The notes under the pieces were generated by a model. That model did no database searches. It had not been told where the DNA came from and saw only the letters and a list, made by a program, of their open reading frames with translations. This document shows, in pieces, positions 25,514-36,900 of a stretch of DNA of 63,251 bases. Position numbers and translations under genes: made by a program. This stretch comes from a virus (Duplodnaviria; Caudoviricetes). Numbering within the stretch: the stretch's first letter is position 1; each line of letters starts with the position of its first letter. The stretch covers positions 1-63,251 of the IMG/VR virus record IMGVR_UViG_3300042569_000591; one strand, 5' to 3'.

Positions 25514-27936
25514 TGGATAAACCATCAGTTGTTATCTCCTCATTACCCTTTCCGGACCAAATGGCTCCAGATGAAGTCAAGGCGACATATGAGTATGGAT
25601 TAAAGGTAGGAAAAGCCATCGAAGGGGAATGGTTTAAGAGGAAGTCTAATTCAAGCAGATTTTATCAGCAGTGGGGTGAATTCCACCGTTTGAGATTATA
25701 TGCTCGTGGGGAACAGCCTGTACAAAAGTATAAGGATGAAATTGCTGTTAATGGCGATATATCAATGTTAAACTTAGATTGGACTCCGGTTCCAATTATA
25801 CCTAAGTTTGTTGATGTTGTTGTGAATGGTATGTTAGATAGGCCATATACAATTAAGGCTGAAGCTCAAGACATATTATCTGCTGAAAAGAAAAATGCAT
25901 TTCAAGACATGATCGAGTCCGACATGGTCGCTAAAGATTTCTTGATGATGACCAAGGAGACACTTGGTATTGATGCGTTTAATGTTAATCCTGATGAACT
26001 ACCTGCAAATGATGAAGAGCTTTCTTTATATATGCAGATGAACTATAAGCCATCTATTGAGATAGCTGAAGAAATTGCTATCAACACTCTACTCAAAATG
26101 AATAACTATGAGGATGTGTTGAGAGATTACTACTATGATGTTGCCACTTTAGGAATTGGTGTTGCTAAGCATGAGTTTCTAATTAATGATGGCGTTAAAG
26201 TTGAGTATGTAGATCCTGCAAACTGGATACATAGTTATACAGAGAAAAATGATTTCTCTGATTGCTTCTATTTTGGAGAGGTTAAGCAAGTTCATTATAC
26301 TGAGCTTCTTAAAATGAATCCAAACTTGACAGATGAAGACCTTACTGAAATTAAGAACGCTGGATCAGCTTGGTATGACTATTTTCCTATAATTAGAAAT
26401 TATCAAGATGATGCCTTCTTAAATGAGGTTGTTACATTGTTGTATTTTAATTACAAGACTCACAAGAAATTTGTTTGGAAAAAGAAATTACTTGAAAATG
26501 GAGGAGAGCGAGTAATCCGTAAGGATGATAACTTCAACCCACCACCAAACGAAATGTTTGAAGTAGTTGAGGCAGTTCGCGACGTTTGGTATGAAGGTGT
26601 ATTAGTAGGAGGCTCAAACATTATTATCAAATGGGAGATGATGAAGAATATGGTTCGTCCTAAGTCTGCATCACAAAAAGCGCTACCAAACTATATTGCT
26701 TACGCTCCTCGTTACTATAAAGGAAATATAGAGTCATTAGTTAGACGAATGATTCCGTTTGCGGATCAGATTCAGCTTACACATTTAAAGTTACAGCAAG
26801 TTATGGCTCGCGTAGTTCCTGATGGTGTATTCATTGATGCTGATGGTATTAATGAAGTTGATCTTGGAACAGGTGCTGCATATAATCCTGAAGATGCTCT
26901 TAACCTATACTTCCAAACTGGTAGTGTAGTTGGTAGGTCATATACTCAAGATGGTGATTTTAACAACGCTCGTATTCCAATTCAAGAACTAAACTCAAAC
27001 AGTGGTCAAGCTAAAATGGCCGCCTTGATTGGAAACTATAACCATTACCTAAATATGATCCGTGATGTTACAGGTGTAAATGAGGTGCGTGATGCATCCT
27101 CACCACATCCGGATGCTTTAGTTGGTGTTCAGAAGCTTGCCGCACTTAATTCAAATACAGCTACTAGACACATTCTAGATGCTGGTATAAATACTACTAA
27201 GAGAATAGCTGAGTGCTTGTCTATTCGTGTTGCTGACATACTTGAGTACTCTGATTTCGCTGAGGAATTTGCTATGCAGATTGGTAAGTTCAACATGACA
27301 ATACTTGAGGACATTAAGAATTTATATCTTCACAACTTTGGTATTTTCATTGAAGTTTCTCCAGATGAAGAGCAAAAAGCACAGTTAGAGGCAAATATTC
27401 AAATTGCTCTACAGCAGCAGACAATTGATCTAGAGGATGCTATTGATATTAGAATGATTAATAATACCAAGCTAGCAAACGAGATGCTTAAGATGAAGCG
27501 TCGTAAGCGTATGGAGCAAAAGCAGAAAGAAAAAGAGATGGAATTCCAAATGCAAATGCAGACGAATATTCAGTCATCTCAAGCAGCTGCTGAATCCAAA
27601 GCACAGATCATTCAATTGGAAGGTCAGACAAAAGCACAGATCAAACAAATGGAAGTTCAGGGAGACATTCAGAAAATGCAAGCTGAAGCTGAGCTTAAGA
27701 AAGAGCTAATGGCTATTGAGTTCCAGTATAACATGCAGTTAAACGGAATGCAGATGCAGACATTAAAAGATCGTGAGGCTGAGAAGGAGAAGGCAAAAGA
27801 TAAGCGAGTTGACCTACAGGCCACTCGTCAGTCTGAGCTAATTAACCAACGACAAAATAACCTACCACCTCAAAACTTTGAGAGTACTGAAGACTCACTT
27901 GATGGCTTCGATTTAGAAGCGTTTGGACCTAAATAA
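25513..27936 (+). CDS. Portal protein
   Basis: Follows TerL; IIPKFVD; coiled-coil C-terminus. Confidence 0.88.
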   Translation: MDKPSVVISSLPFPDQMAPDEVKATYEYGLKVGKAIEGEWFKRKSNSSRFYQQWGEFHRLRLYARGEQPVQKYKDEIAVNGDISMLNLDWTPVPIIPKFVDVVVNGMLDRPYTIKAEAQDILSAEKKNAFQDMIESDMVAKDFLMMTKETLGIDAFNVNPDELPANDEELSLYMQMNYKPSIEIAEEIAINTLLKMNNYEDVLRDYYYDVATLGIGVAKHEFLINDGVKVEYVDPANWIHSYTEKNDFSDCFYFGEVKQVHYTELLKMNPNLTDEDLTEIKNAGSAWYDYFPIIRNYQDDAFLNEVVTLLYFNYKTHKKFVWKKKLLENGGERVIRKDDNFNPPPNEMFEVVEAVRDVWYEGVLVGGSNIIIKWEMMKNMVRPKSASQKALPNYIAYAPRYYKGNIESLVRRMIPFADQIQLTHLKLQQVMARVVPDGVFIDADGINEVDLGTGAAYNPEDALNLYFQTGSVVGRSYTQDGDFNNARIPIQELNSNSGQAKMAALIGNYNHYLNMIRDVTGVNEVRDASSPHPDALVGVQKLAALNSNTATRHILDAGINTTKRIAECLSIRVADILEYSDFAEEFAMQIGKFNMTILEDIKNLYLHNFGIFIEVSPDEEQKAQLEANIQIALQQQTIDLEDAIDIRMINNTKLANEMLKMKRRKRMEQKQKEKEMEFQMQMQTNIQSSQAAAESKAQIIQLEGQTKAQIKQMEVQGDIQKMQAEAELKKELMAIEFQYNMQLNGMQMQTLKDREAEKEKAKDKRVDLQATRQSELINQRQNNLPPQNFESTEDSLDGFDLEAFGPK

Positions 27937-28568
27937 TGGCATATATAGAACATAACTTTTTCCCATTAAAAGTATTCGTTAGAAATGAATACATGTATCA
28001 AAATCAAAAAGGTCATGGGGAGTTTACACCTGGAGTAATAATGTCTGTTAGGTGCATGCCTGGACAAGCTGCATTATTTCAAGTTCTTTTAGAAAATGGA
28101 GTAATGCGTGATAAATTACCAAGCCATGCATTACTTACTGAACCTAAGACTCCAGATCCAGATCTTCCATTTCATTTTTTACAAATATGGAATTGTTTTT
28201 CTTACAATTTTACTTTGCTTCATTTGTCATATGTTTATGACACTAAGGTTGAGGTATTTATGAAAGATCATAAGTTTTATCCGGGAAGTTACTATGCAAC
28301 TATCAATTGGGGAGCAAATGATTTAAACACTGATTTATCTTTAGCTGAGGATCCATTAGAGCATAAAAGCCATCACATAATACTTCTTGATAACGGACAG
28401 ATAGCACTACAACCAAACAATCGAATAAAGTGGTCTGAGCCATCATTTGTAACAAAACCATTTCCAGAGCGCCCTGATTATTTAGTAAATATAGATTACT
28501 ATAATTGCGAAAGCTTTGATAAATGGCATACAGAGGATTCTGATCGTATGTTCTACGATAATGAATAA
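27936..28568 (+). CDS. Conserved phage hypothetical protein (ALQPNNR type)
   Basis: WNCFS, EHKSHH, QPNNR motifs. Confidence 0.75.
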   Translation: MAYIEHNFFPLKVFVRNEYMYQNQKGHGEFTPGVIMSVRCMPGQAALFQVLLENGVMRDKLPSHALLTEPKTPDPDLPFHFLQIWNCFSYNFTLLHLSYVYDTKVEVFMKDHKFYPGSYYATINWGANDLNTDLSLAEDPLEHKSHHIILLDNGQIALQPNNRIKWSEPSFVTKPFPERPDYLVNIDYYNCESFDKWHTEDSDRMFYDNE

Positions 28569-28581
28569 ATAAAATAATTAC

Positions 28582-28589
28582 TAACTTTG
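28582..28589 (+). promoter_or_regulatory. -7 element TAACTTTG upstream of scaffold/MCP
   Basis: TAnnTTTG in the intergenic region. Confidence 0.65.
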
Positions 28590-28605
28590 TTGAAAATTAA
28601 ATTAA

Positions 28606-29724
28606 ATGGAAGGTGAATTTAAAGTAAGAGCTGTAGATTTCGAAGAGAAGTCTGTGGCTGAAAAAGAAGCAGATCTTCTTGAAGGATTAGAAGATCATTC
28701 TGGCGATAATGATACTATTAAGATAGACTTAACAGATCAACCACCAGCTGATCCTGTAATAGAAGATACTCCACCACAAGAGGTGGATTTAGATGATAAT
28801 AAAGTTCTTTCATATCTTGGTAAAAGATGGAACAAAGAGATTACATCTTTAGATGACTTAGTTCAAGAGCGAGAACAAGCTGAGGAACTACCTGAAGATG
28901 TCTCTGCGTTTTTAAAATACAAAAGAGAAACAGGGCGTGGTATTGAAGACTTCATGAAATTGAATGTCGATTACAGCGCAATGGATGAAGATTCTCTACT
29001 TTATCAGTATTACAAAGATCAAAACCCAGAGCTAGATGCAGATGAGGTTAGATTTGAGCTTGAAACAAAGTTCTCATACGATGAGGATTTTGATGATGAC
29101 AAGCAAATTAAGAAGGTAAAATTAGAGCGTAAAAAAGAGCTGACTAAGGCTCGTGACTACTTTAACAAACTAAAAGAACAGTACAAGGTTCCGCTTGAGT
29201 CAAGGGAAGCCTTTGTTCCGCAGGAAGAAAAAGAAGCTTACGAATCTTACAAGCAATATAAACAAGCCGCGACTAGCGAGCAAGAGGAACAGATGAAGAG
29301 GTCTAAGTATTTTGCTGATAAGACTACTGAATTGTTTTCTGATAAGTTTGAAGGTTTCAAATTTGCAATTGACGAAAACAAAGCAGTTACTTACAAACCA
29401 GCAGAAGCTAAGTCACTTCTTGAAGAGCAGTCTTCACTAAAGAACTTTGTAAATAAGTTCCTAAATGAAGAGGGTTATCTAAAAGATGCTGAGTCTTTCC
29501 ATCGAGCAATAGCGATTGCTTCGAATCCTGATAAGTTTGCAAAGTTCTTCTATGAGAAAGGAATGGCAGACACAGTTGATACGGTCTCTAAGGAGTCAAA
29601 GAATATCGACATGGTGCGTCAATCTACTCAAGTAACTAAGAAAACTGATGGTGGTATTCAAGTAAGAGCTATAGAACCTAGTTACGGTAACAGATTAGTT
29701 ATTAAACAAAAACCTAAAAACTAG
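28606..29724 (+). CDS. Putative scaffolding protein
   Basis: Acidic and helical; directly upstream of the MCP. Confidence 0.7.
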   Translation: MEGEFKVRAVDFEEKSVAEKEADLLEGLEDHSGDNDTIKIDLTDQPPADPVIEDTPPQEVDLDDNKVLSYLGKRWNKEITSLDDLVQEREQAEELPEDVSAFLKYKRETGRGIEDFMKLNVDYSAMDEDSLLYQYYKDQNPELDADEVRFELETKFSYDEDFDDDKQIKKVKLERKKELTKARDYFNKLKEQYKVPLESREAFVPQEEKEAYESYKQYKQAATSEQEEQMKRSKYFADKTTELFSDKFEGFKFAIDENKAVTYKPAEAKSLLEEQSSLKNFVNKFLNEEGYLKDAESFHRAIAIASNPDKFAKFFYEKGMADTVDTVSKESKNIDMVRQSTQVTKKTDGGIQVRAIEPSYGNRLVIKQKPKN

Positions 29725-29729
29725 AAAAA

Positions 29730-31148
29730 ATGGCTGGTACATTACAATCATCTCCGGGTCCATTATTGACCCCGAGCTCTGTAAAGGCAACATTGCCTAC
29801 AAACTACATCACAAATTTTGATTTCTTGAATCAATATTTGCCTGACACTTACGAGCAAGAATTTGAGCGTTACGGTAACCGTTCAATCGCATCTTTCTTG
29901 CGTATGGTAGGTGCAGAACTTCCTACTAACTCTGACCTCATCAAATGGGCAGAACAAGGTCGTCTTCACACTAAGTATACTGCAGTTACTGCTGTTGGTG
30001 CTTCTGGTGGTGATGATACAGTTACTTTTGACATCGGTACAGGTACATGTGTATTCCGCATGGGTCAAACTGTATTCTTATCTAACAATGCATCTGCTAC
30101 ATCTTCTTACAAAGGTGTAATTACTGCATTACCTGCTGCTGATCGCTTTACTGTAGCTTTCTACAACGCTGGTGGTATTTCTGGTGGTGACACTGGAGCT
30201 ACATTCACTGCTTTTGTTTACGGTTCTGAATTCAAAAAAGGTGACTCTGGTATGGATGGATCTTTGGAAGCTCAAGATCTTTTCTTCGACAACAAGCCAA
30301 TCATCATCAAAGATAAATATACTGTCTCTGGTTCTGACATGGCTCAAGTTGGTTGGGTTGAAGTGACTACTGAGAACGGTGCTACTGGTTACTACTGGTA
30401 CATGAAGTCTGAGCACGAAACTCGTCTACGTTTCGAAGACTATCTTGAAATGGCAATGGTTGAAGGTGTTCCTGCTGAAGCAAACTCTGGTGCTGCTGCA
30501 GCTCTTGGTGTTTCATCTCCAACACCACCTGCGACTACAGGTGCTGGTACTCAAGGTATGTTTGCTGCTATCGAGTCTCGTGGTAACATCTGGGCAGGTG
30601 GTAACCCATCTTCTTTGGCTGACTTCGATACAATCGTACAACGTCTTGACAAGCAAGGTGCTATCGCTGAGAACGTATTGTTCTTAAACCGTCAGTTCTC
30701 TTTTGACATCGACGATATGTTGGCTGCTCAAAACTCTTACGGTGCAGGTGGTACTTCTTACGGTTTGTTTGACAACAGCGAAGAAATGGCTCTAAACCTT
30801 GGTTTCTCTGGATTCCGTCGTGGTTACGAGTTCTACAAGACAGATTGGAAATACCTTAACGATGCAACCCTTCGTGGTGGTCTTGTTGGTGGTGCTATCA
30901 ATGGTGTCTTGGTTCCTGCTGGTACAATGAGCGTTTACGATCAAGTACTTGGTAAGAATGCAAAACGTCCATTCCTTCACGTTCGCTACCGTGCTTCTGA
31001 AGCTGAAAATCGTCGTTACAAAACGTGGATGACTGGTTCTGCCGGTGGTGCCGCTACAAGCGACCTCGATGCAATGGAAGTTAACTTCTTGTCAGAGCGT
31101 GCGCTTTGTACAATGGGTGCTAACAACTTCTTCATCTTCAAAGGATAA
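29730..31148 (+). CDS. Major capsid protein
   Basis: Position, size, strongly biased codons, W-EQGRLH motif, followed by a terminator. Confidence 0.88.
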   Translation: MAGTLQSSPGPLLTPSSVKATLPTNYITNFDFLNQYLPDTYEQEFERYGNRSIASFLRMVGAELPTNSDLIKWAEQGRLHTKYTAVTAVGASGGDDTVTFDIGTGTCVFRMGQTVFLSNNASATSSYKGVITALPAADRFTVAFYNAGGISGGDTGATFTAFVYGSEFKKGDSGMDGSLEAQDLFFDNKPIIIKDKYTVSGSDMAQVGWVEVTTENGATGYYWYMKSEHETRLRFEDYLEMAMVEGVPAEANSGAAAALGVSSPTPPATTGAGTQGMFAAIESRGNIWAGGNPSSLADFDTIVQRLDKQGAIAENVLFLNRQFSFDIDDMLAAQNSYGAGGTSYGLFDNSEEMALNLGFSGFRRGYEFYKTDWKYLNDATLRGGLVGGAINGVLVPAGTMSVYDQVLGKNAKRPFLHVRYRASEAENRRYKTWMTGSAGGAATSDLDAMEVNFLSERALCTMGANNFFIFKG

Positions 31149-31163
31149 GAAGACCAATAATAT

Positions 31164-31193
31164 GAGAGGGGTTTCGGCCCCTCTCTATTTTTT
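31164..31193 (+). terminator. Intrinsic terminator
   Basis: GAGAGGGG-TTTCGG-CCCCTCTC followed by a T-rich tract. Confidence 0.85.
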
Positions 31194-31213
31194 ATTAATT
31201 AAAATTATATCAA

Positions 31214-31978
31214 ATGAACAGAGTAAAATTAGAGCCTAAGGATAGGACTTATTTATTAAAGATTAAAGAAGCTCCATTGAGCTATTTTATCGCACACAAA
31301 GACACACCTCGTAAACGTCTTTTATATTACAATGAAGAGACTAACACGAATCACCCACTTCGCTATGCGCGAAATTCAAACACACCATTTCAAGATCAAC
31401 AAGATGCCAACGTAATTGTTGAGCCAATTGTTTTTGAAGATGGCGTTCTTAATGTTCCAAAAACAAATCCGGTATTACAAGAATTCTTACATTATCATCC
31501 TGGTAATGGAACTGAATTTTATGAATTTGATGCTGAAAAAGATGCACAAGAGGATGTTAAAGAATTATTCTCTGAAATTGATGCATTAATACTTGCTCGT
31601 GATTTAGCTGATAAAGACTTTAATACTCTTGAGGCAGTAGCTAGATTGGTATTAAGTTCAAATGTAGACAACATGAGCTCTACAGAGATTAAGCGTGATA
31701 TGATGTTGTTTGCTAAGAGATATCCACAAGATTTTATAGAAGCCGCATCTGATCCATTACTTAAGATCAATAACTTTGCTGCTCGTGCATTCACTTCTGG
31801 ATATTTTACATTCCGTGGAAATAAGGATATTCATTTTAACCTAAAAGACAATAAGAAGAGATTGATGACAGTTCCTTTTGGGCATGATCATATTCATGTT
31901 CTTGCATCATATTTGCAGTCAGATGAGGGGTTAGATCTATATAAATTCCTTGAAGAAAAGTTTTCAGGAAATGATTAA
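31214..31978 (+). CDS. Conserved post-capsid hypothetical protein
   Basis: LRYA-N...FEDG-L-V...LQEFL--HP. Confidence 0.8.
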   Translation: MNRVKLEPKDRTYLLKIKEAPLSYFIAHKDTPRKRLLYYNEETNTNHPLRYARNSNTPFQDQQDANVIVEPIVFEDGVLNVPKTNPVLQEFLHYHPGNGTEFYEFDAEKDAQEDVKELFSEIDALILARDLADKDFNTLEAVARLVLSSNVDNMSSTEIKRDMMLFAKRYPQDFIEAASDPLLKINNFAARAFTSGYFTFRGNKDIHFNLKDNKKRLMTVPFGHDHIHVLASYLQSDEGLDLYKFLEEKFSGND

Positions 31979-31983
31979 CTTTG
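31976..31983 (+). promoter_or_regulatory. -7 element TAACTTTG
   Basis: TAnnTTTG upstream of the ATG at 32015. Confidence 0.55.
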
Positions 31984-32014
31984 AGCATTGTTTAACCCAT
32001 TAATTTTTTATAAA

Positions 32015-32293
32015 ATGGAAAAGTTTTTATCTATCCCGGTTACCAGTGCTGGTAATCAATTGGTTGCAGTAACTAATGTTATTTTAGTTGATGCTGCTTC
32101 CGCTACTGCTACTGCTACTGCAATTACTTATGCTGGTGGTAAAGTTGTTACATTGACTCATGCTGCTCAAGTTGCATTTAGTATGCGCGATGCAATTCAA
32201 AATGGAATTGCTAATGCATTACAAACATCTTGGACTAATCCAGTCTATGAAATTGCTGTCCCACAAGCAGTAAGTGATATTGCTGTAGCCTAA
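32015..32293 (+). CDS. Small Ala-rich structural protein
   Basis: MEKFLSIPV start; own promoter and terminator. Confidence 0.75.
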   Translation: MEKFLSIPVTSAGNQLVAVTNVILVDAASATATATAITYAGGKVVTLTHAAQVAFSMRDAIQNGIANALQTSWTNPVYEIAVPQAVSDIAVA

Positions 32294-32315
32294 TCTATAG
32301 CTAACTACTACTATG

Positions 32316-32346
32316 AAAAGGGCACTCATATAGAGTGCCTTTTTTT
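32316..32346 (+). terminator. Intrinsic terminator
   Basis: GGCACTC-ATATA-GAGTGCC followed by T7. Confidence 0.85.
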
Positions 32347-32349
32347 ATT

Positions 32350-32357
32350 TATCTTTG
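32350..32357 (+). promoter_or_regulatory. -7 element TATCTTTG
   Basis: TAnnTTTG right after the terminator. Confidence 0.6.
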
Positions 32358-32372
32358 TACAAAAGCAGTCAG

Positions 32373-33089
32373 ATGATCAATGACGTTCGAAATACCGTAC
32401 TTTCTATAATCAGCAAGGAGAACCGTGGCTTTATTACGCCATTAGAGTTTAATCTATTTGCTAAGCAAGCTCAATTAGAAATATTTGAGCAATATATATT
32501 TAATTACAGCAATGCAATCAATAAGCAGAATGCTAGAATGCATGGTGAAGGTTATACCGACATTCCTAAGAATATAGTTGAGGTTATAGATTCATTCTCT
32601 GTTCTTTCACCATTATCATATAATGGTATTACAAGTAGATTTACACTACCTGCTGATTACTTTTTCTTAGATAAAGTAGTCTATAATAATAACACAGAGG
32701 TAGAGAAGGTTAGCCATCGTAAGATATTAAATTTATTAAACTCAAATCTAACTACTCCTAATACTGAATATCCAGTATATATAATGGATCAGAATGGAAT
32801 TATTGTATATCCAACAACAATAGCTCCTCCTCCTCCTTATACATCTACATCTATAACAGCACAATATTTAAGATATCCAAAAGATCCACAGTGGACCTAT
32901 TTAACTGTTAATGGAGATCCTGTATTTAATATATCATCATCTACATACCAAGACTTTGAATTACCTTTGGCTGATTTTGCTAATCTAGTAATTAAGATAT
33001 TAGAGTATGCTGGTATATCAATTAGAGAACAAGATGTTGTATCAGCAGCTAAGGCAGAAGAAGTACAAGACATGCAAACTAAACAATAA
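32373..33089 (+). CDS. Head-tail adaptor / tail ring protein
   Basis: G-ITP-EFN-FA--AQ-E-F...YLR-P-DP-W...DFEL. Confidence 0.7.
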   Translation: MINDVRNTVLSIISKENRGFITPLEFNLFAKQAQLEIFEQYIFNYSNAINKQNARMHGEGYTDIPKNIVEVIDSFSVLSPLSYNGITSRFTLPADYFFLDKVVYNNNTEVEKVSHRKILNLLNSNLTTPNTEYPVYIMDQNGIIVYPTTIAPPPPYTSTSITAQYLRYPKDPQWTYLTVNGDPVFNISSSTYQDFELPLADFANLVIKILEYAGISIREQDVVSAAKAEEVQDMQTKQ

Positions 33090-33997
33090 TGGCATATATT
33101 ACTAACTATCAGTACTATACCAACAATGGTAACACACCTGAAGACGCAAACTGGGGATCGTATCAGTATGTCAGTTTAGCTGACATTGTTAACAATTTTA
33201 TGTTGATGTATGTTGGCAATGATAAGTTGGTCAACAATGTAGACAGATATACTGTATTATTTCATGCAAAAAGAGCAATACAGGAATTAAACTATGACGC
33301 ATTAAGAAATATTAAGGTTTTAGAGTTTGAGTTAGGTGATCAATTGAAGATGGTGTTACCTCCTGACTATGTTAACTATGCAAGGATATCAATGTTGCGA
33401 AATGGCGTATTATATCCACTTACAGAGTCACGTCAGAGTATTACAGCTACAGCATATTTACAAGACAATAATGGTGACATTGTGTTTGATTCAAATGGTG
33501 AAGTAGTTGTAGGTGATGCTAAACTAGATATACTTCGTCAAAAAAACCAATTATATGTTGGTCCCGGACCATACTATAACCAATGGGGATGGGAATACGA
33601 AGGAGAGTGGTATTTTGGATACCCTATTGCAAATAACTTTGGATTAGAAACAGCCGATGCTAATATCAATCCTAAATTCTTTGTTAATAAGGCAGCAGGA
33701 GTAATTGATTTTACATCTGGCGTTCAATATGCATATATTGTGCTTGAGTACATTTCAGATGGAATGGAAAATGGAGATGATAGTTTGATTACAATTAACA
33801 AGCTAGCAGAAGAATATATTTACGCTTACTTAAAGTGGGCTCTTCTTAATAATAAGTATGGAGTTCAAGAATATATCATCAACAGAGTTAAAAAAGATAA
33901 AACAGCTATGTTGAGAAATACTAAAATTAGATTAAGCAACATGCATCCTGGTCGCTTGCTTATGGCTATGCGTGGTAAGGATAAATGGATTAAATAG
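33089..33997 (+). CDS. Tail ring / structural protein
   Basis: FHAKR-IQEL-YD, LP-DYVNY, LEYISDG. Confidence 0.7.
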   Translation: MAYITNYQYYTNNGNTPEDANWGSYQYVSLADIVNNFMLMYVGNDKLVNNVDRYTVLFHAKRAIQELNYDALRNIKVLEFELGDQLKMVLPPDYVNYARISMLRNGVLYPLTESRQSITATAYLQDNNGDIVFDSNGEVVVGDAKLDILRQKNQLYVGPGPYYNQWGWEYEGEWYFGYPIANNFGLETADANINPKFFVNKAAGVIDFTSGVQYAYIVLEYISDGMENGDDSLITINKLAEEYIYAYLKWALLNNKYGVQEYIINRVKKDKTAMLRNTKIRLSNMHPGRLLMAMRGKDKWIK

Positions 33998-33999
33998 AT

Positions 34000-36900
34000 A
34001 TGGCTGATACTCAAAGAACATTCCTTGCCGGACGGATGAATAAAGACCTTGACGAAAGGTTAATTCCAGACGGAGAGTACCGTGATGCGGTAAACGTAAC
34101 TATTGATACGTCGGAAGGCGCTAACATTGGTGCAGTTCAAAACGCATTAGGTAATAGTATAACGACAAATATAGCTAACATACTTTCTAAATATCAAGTA
34201 AATGCGCCATTAAATGCGGTGACTATTGGAGCTATATCCGTTGAAGCAGAAAATTTACTTTATTGGTTTGTAAAAGCAGATAATTTTGAGGGTATATTTG
34301 AATACAATCAAGTTACTAACAATTCTTTGTTAGTACTTGGATGTGAGATACCAAATGCGGTTCGTTTAAATTTTGATAAAAACTATCTAATTACTGGCGT
34401 TAATTACGTTACAGATGGGAATGGTGGTGGTCTACTTATTTGGAATGACAACTTAAATCCACCTAGAAAGATTAATATTAATAGATGTAAGACGTATAAT
34501 TTAAACGATCCTAGAATAAATGATGATATTAATTTGATCGTCGCGCCTCCATTAAACTCTCCTTTTATATCGTTAAGTACTCAAACAACATCTAGTTCTA
34601 ATCCAAATAACATTGAGGATAAATTTGTTTATTTCAGTTATAGGTATAAGTACATAGATAATGAGTATTCATCAATGTCTCCATTTTCGGCTGCATCGTT
34701 TAATCCTAAAATGCTTCAAATTGATACTGAAACAGGAGATAATAAAGGAATGCTTAATGAATTCAACCAAGTCCAAGTTACATTTGAGACGGGTAATGAA
34801 TTTGTAAAAGAGATACAATTATTGGTTTGGGAGTCTAGAACATTGAATGTAAAAATAGTTGAGACCCTAAATAAAGAAGAGATGGGTATACAAAGTAATT
34901 CTGCGTATAGCTTCTACTTTATGAATAATAAAACATACGCAGCACTTCCGTCTGATCAGGTAAGTAGATTATTCGATAATGTACCATTGAAGGCACTGTC
35001 TCAAGATATTATAGGTAGTCGATTAATAATGGGTAACTATACTCAATTTAGAGATCTTATTGGATATAATTCAAAAGAATTTATTGATATAGATTACACA
35101 GTTAAGTATGTTGACGAAACAGTTTCATCGTTACCTAAACAAACATGGAGAAGCGATAGAGATTATGAGATTGGTATTGCATACTTGGATGATTACGGTC
35201 GTATGACCACTGTACTTACCACTACTAACGATAACTCTGTAAATGATTTATCCAATTCTGTATATATTCCTGCTGCCAATTCTAGTACTGCTAATTCATT
35301 AATTGTTAGCATTAAAAATGAGGCTCCTGAATGGGCTACTGGATACAGGTTGTTTGTAAAGCAATCAAAAACTGAATACTATAATATATTTCCTATTACT
35401 TTTTTAAAAAAGAATAATTTTAGATATTTCCTTATTAATGAGGCTGATAGAGATAAGATAAAAGTAAATGGATATATTATATTCAAATCATCTGGCGGAT
35501 CACCGACCAACTCAAACAAACAGTTTAAGATACTAGAGCTTGAGCAAAAGGAAGCATTATTTATTCCAAATGCTATAGAGGGCTTATATTTTAAAATAAA
35601 AGCAGATCCTACGGATTCATTTTTAGCAACATCTAATCAACAATCATATTCAAAAAATGCATCTGGTAGAGGTCCTAGACCAATAGCGTGTACAACTGAT
35701 CCAGATACACAGCCTCCGGTAACTAATAGATTTTTTGATATCCAAGGCCCTGTATATTATTCAGGAACATCACCAAGTAGCACTATAAATCAAGGACCTA
35801 CTGTAAGTGCTAATATATCATCATCTGTATCAACAACAGATTTAAGATTAACCATAGAAATAGTTAACTCAGTTACATTTAGATGGACTATAGATGTTGG
35901 TCAAAACTGGTGGATAGCTGATTTACCTATAAGTACATCACCTATATCATTACAGGCTACAGGTTTTTCTATATCTGTTCAATTCTCATCAAACGGTTTA
36001 GCTGGAAGTCCTCAGTATAACATTGGAGACAAGTTTGTGTTTAATGTTAGAACTTTAAGTGCATTAAGTGGAACACCAGCGCAGCCGAATGGTAACAGAG
36101 GTTTGCCGCCATCAGTTCCATTAAGTGGTCAAACAAATACATATGGAGGTCACGCAGTAATTGAAGGTCCTGGCCCTATTTTCCCTGGAGCTGTCATAAG
36201 TATTAATATATTGAATGATGGCCCTCAAACTAGTGCCCCTGGTCAAAATGCTTCTTCGATGACATTCCAGGCATCTCAAGGATATTACAAAAATATAGAG
36301 GAGTGGTTTTGGCAATCAGGTGCTTATTTATCTTTTGTTCAATATGATCAAAATGGAAATAACTTACAGGCAGCTGCAGTTACATTTAGAGATGGTTCAT
36401 TTATAACCAATTCGCCTAGTAATCAAATGCAGCAGCAATTATCTGGATCAAACTTTATGTTAATTAGAGGTTTTGGTGATGCTAGTGTATGTAGTAAAAA
36501 CTTAATACAAGTTGAACTAAAAGTAACTCAAACACCACCAAATGCTCAATTATCAGCTGAAACGGTGCCATTTGATGATGATGTAGATATCTACTATGAA
36601 ATGAGTAGAACATATCCTATAGAAACAGGAAATCACTTAGTTTTATGGAAATATGATGTATCTACAATTGCTGCAAATACAACCTTAATTCAAAATGGAA
36701 ATAAATATCCACACTATTTTGATGTTGGTCAGTCTGTATATGTAACTGCATCAAATATACCTGCTGGATATTACACAATAACTAATGTACCTAATAGATA
36801 CTCAATAACTATTAACTTTTCAGCCGCATCATCTGCTCCTGGTGGAGTATCTAATAGTGACTTAGAAAAGGATCAATCAGGTACGCTTAATCAAGCTGTT

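Noticed and set aside
29911-30687. Same-strand alternate-frame ORFs inside the capsid gene, and at 51544-51765
   Set aside because: Leu/Val-rich by-products of biased codon usage, mostly non-ATG starts, no promoter; unlike the linker-located nested ORFs.
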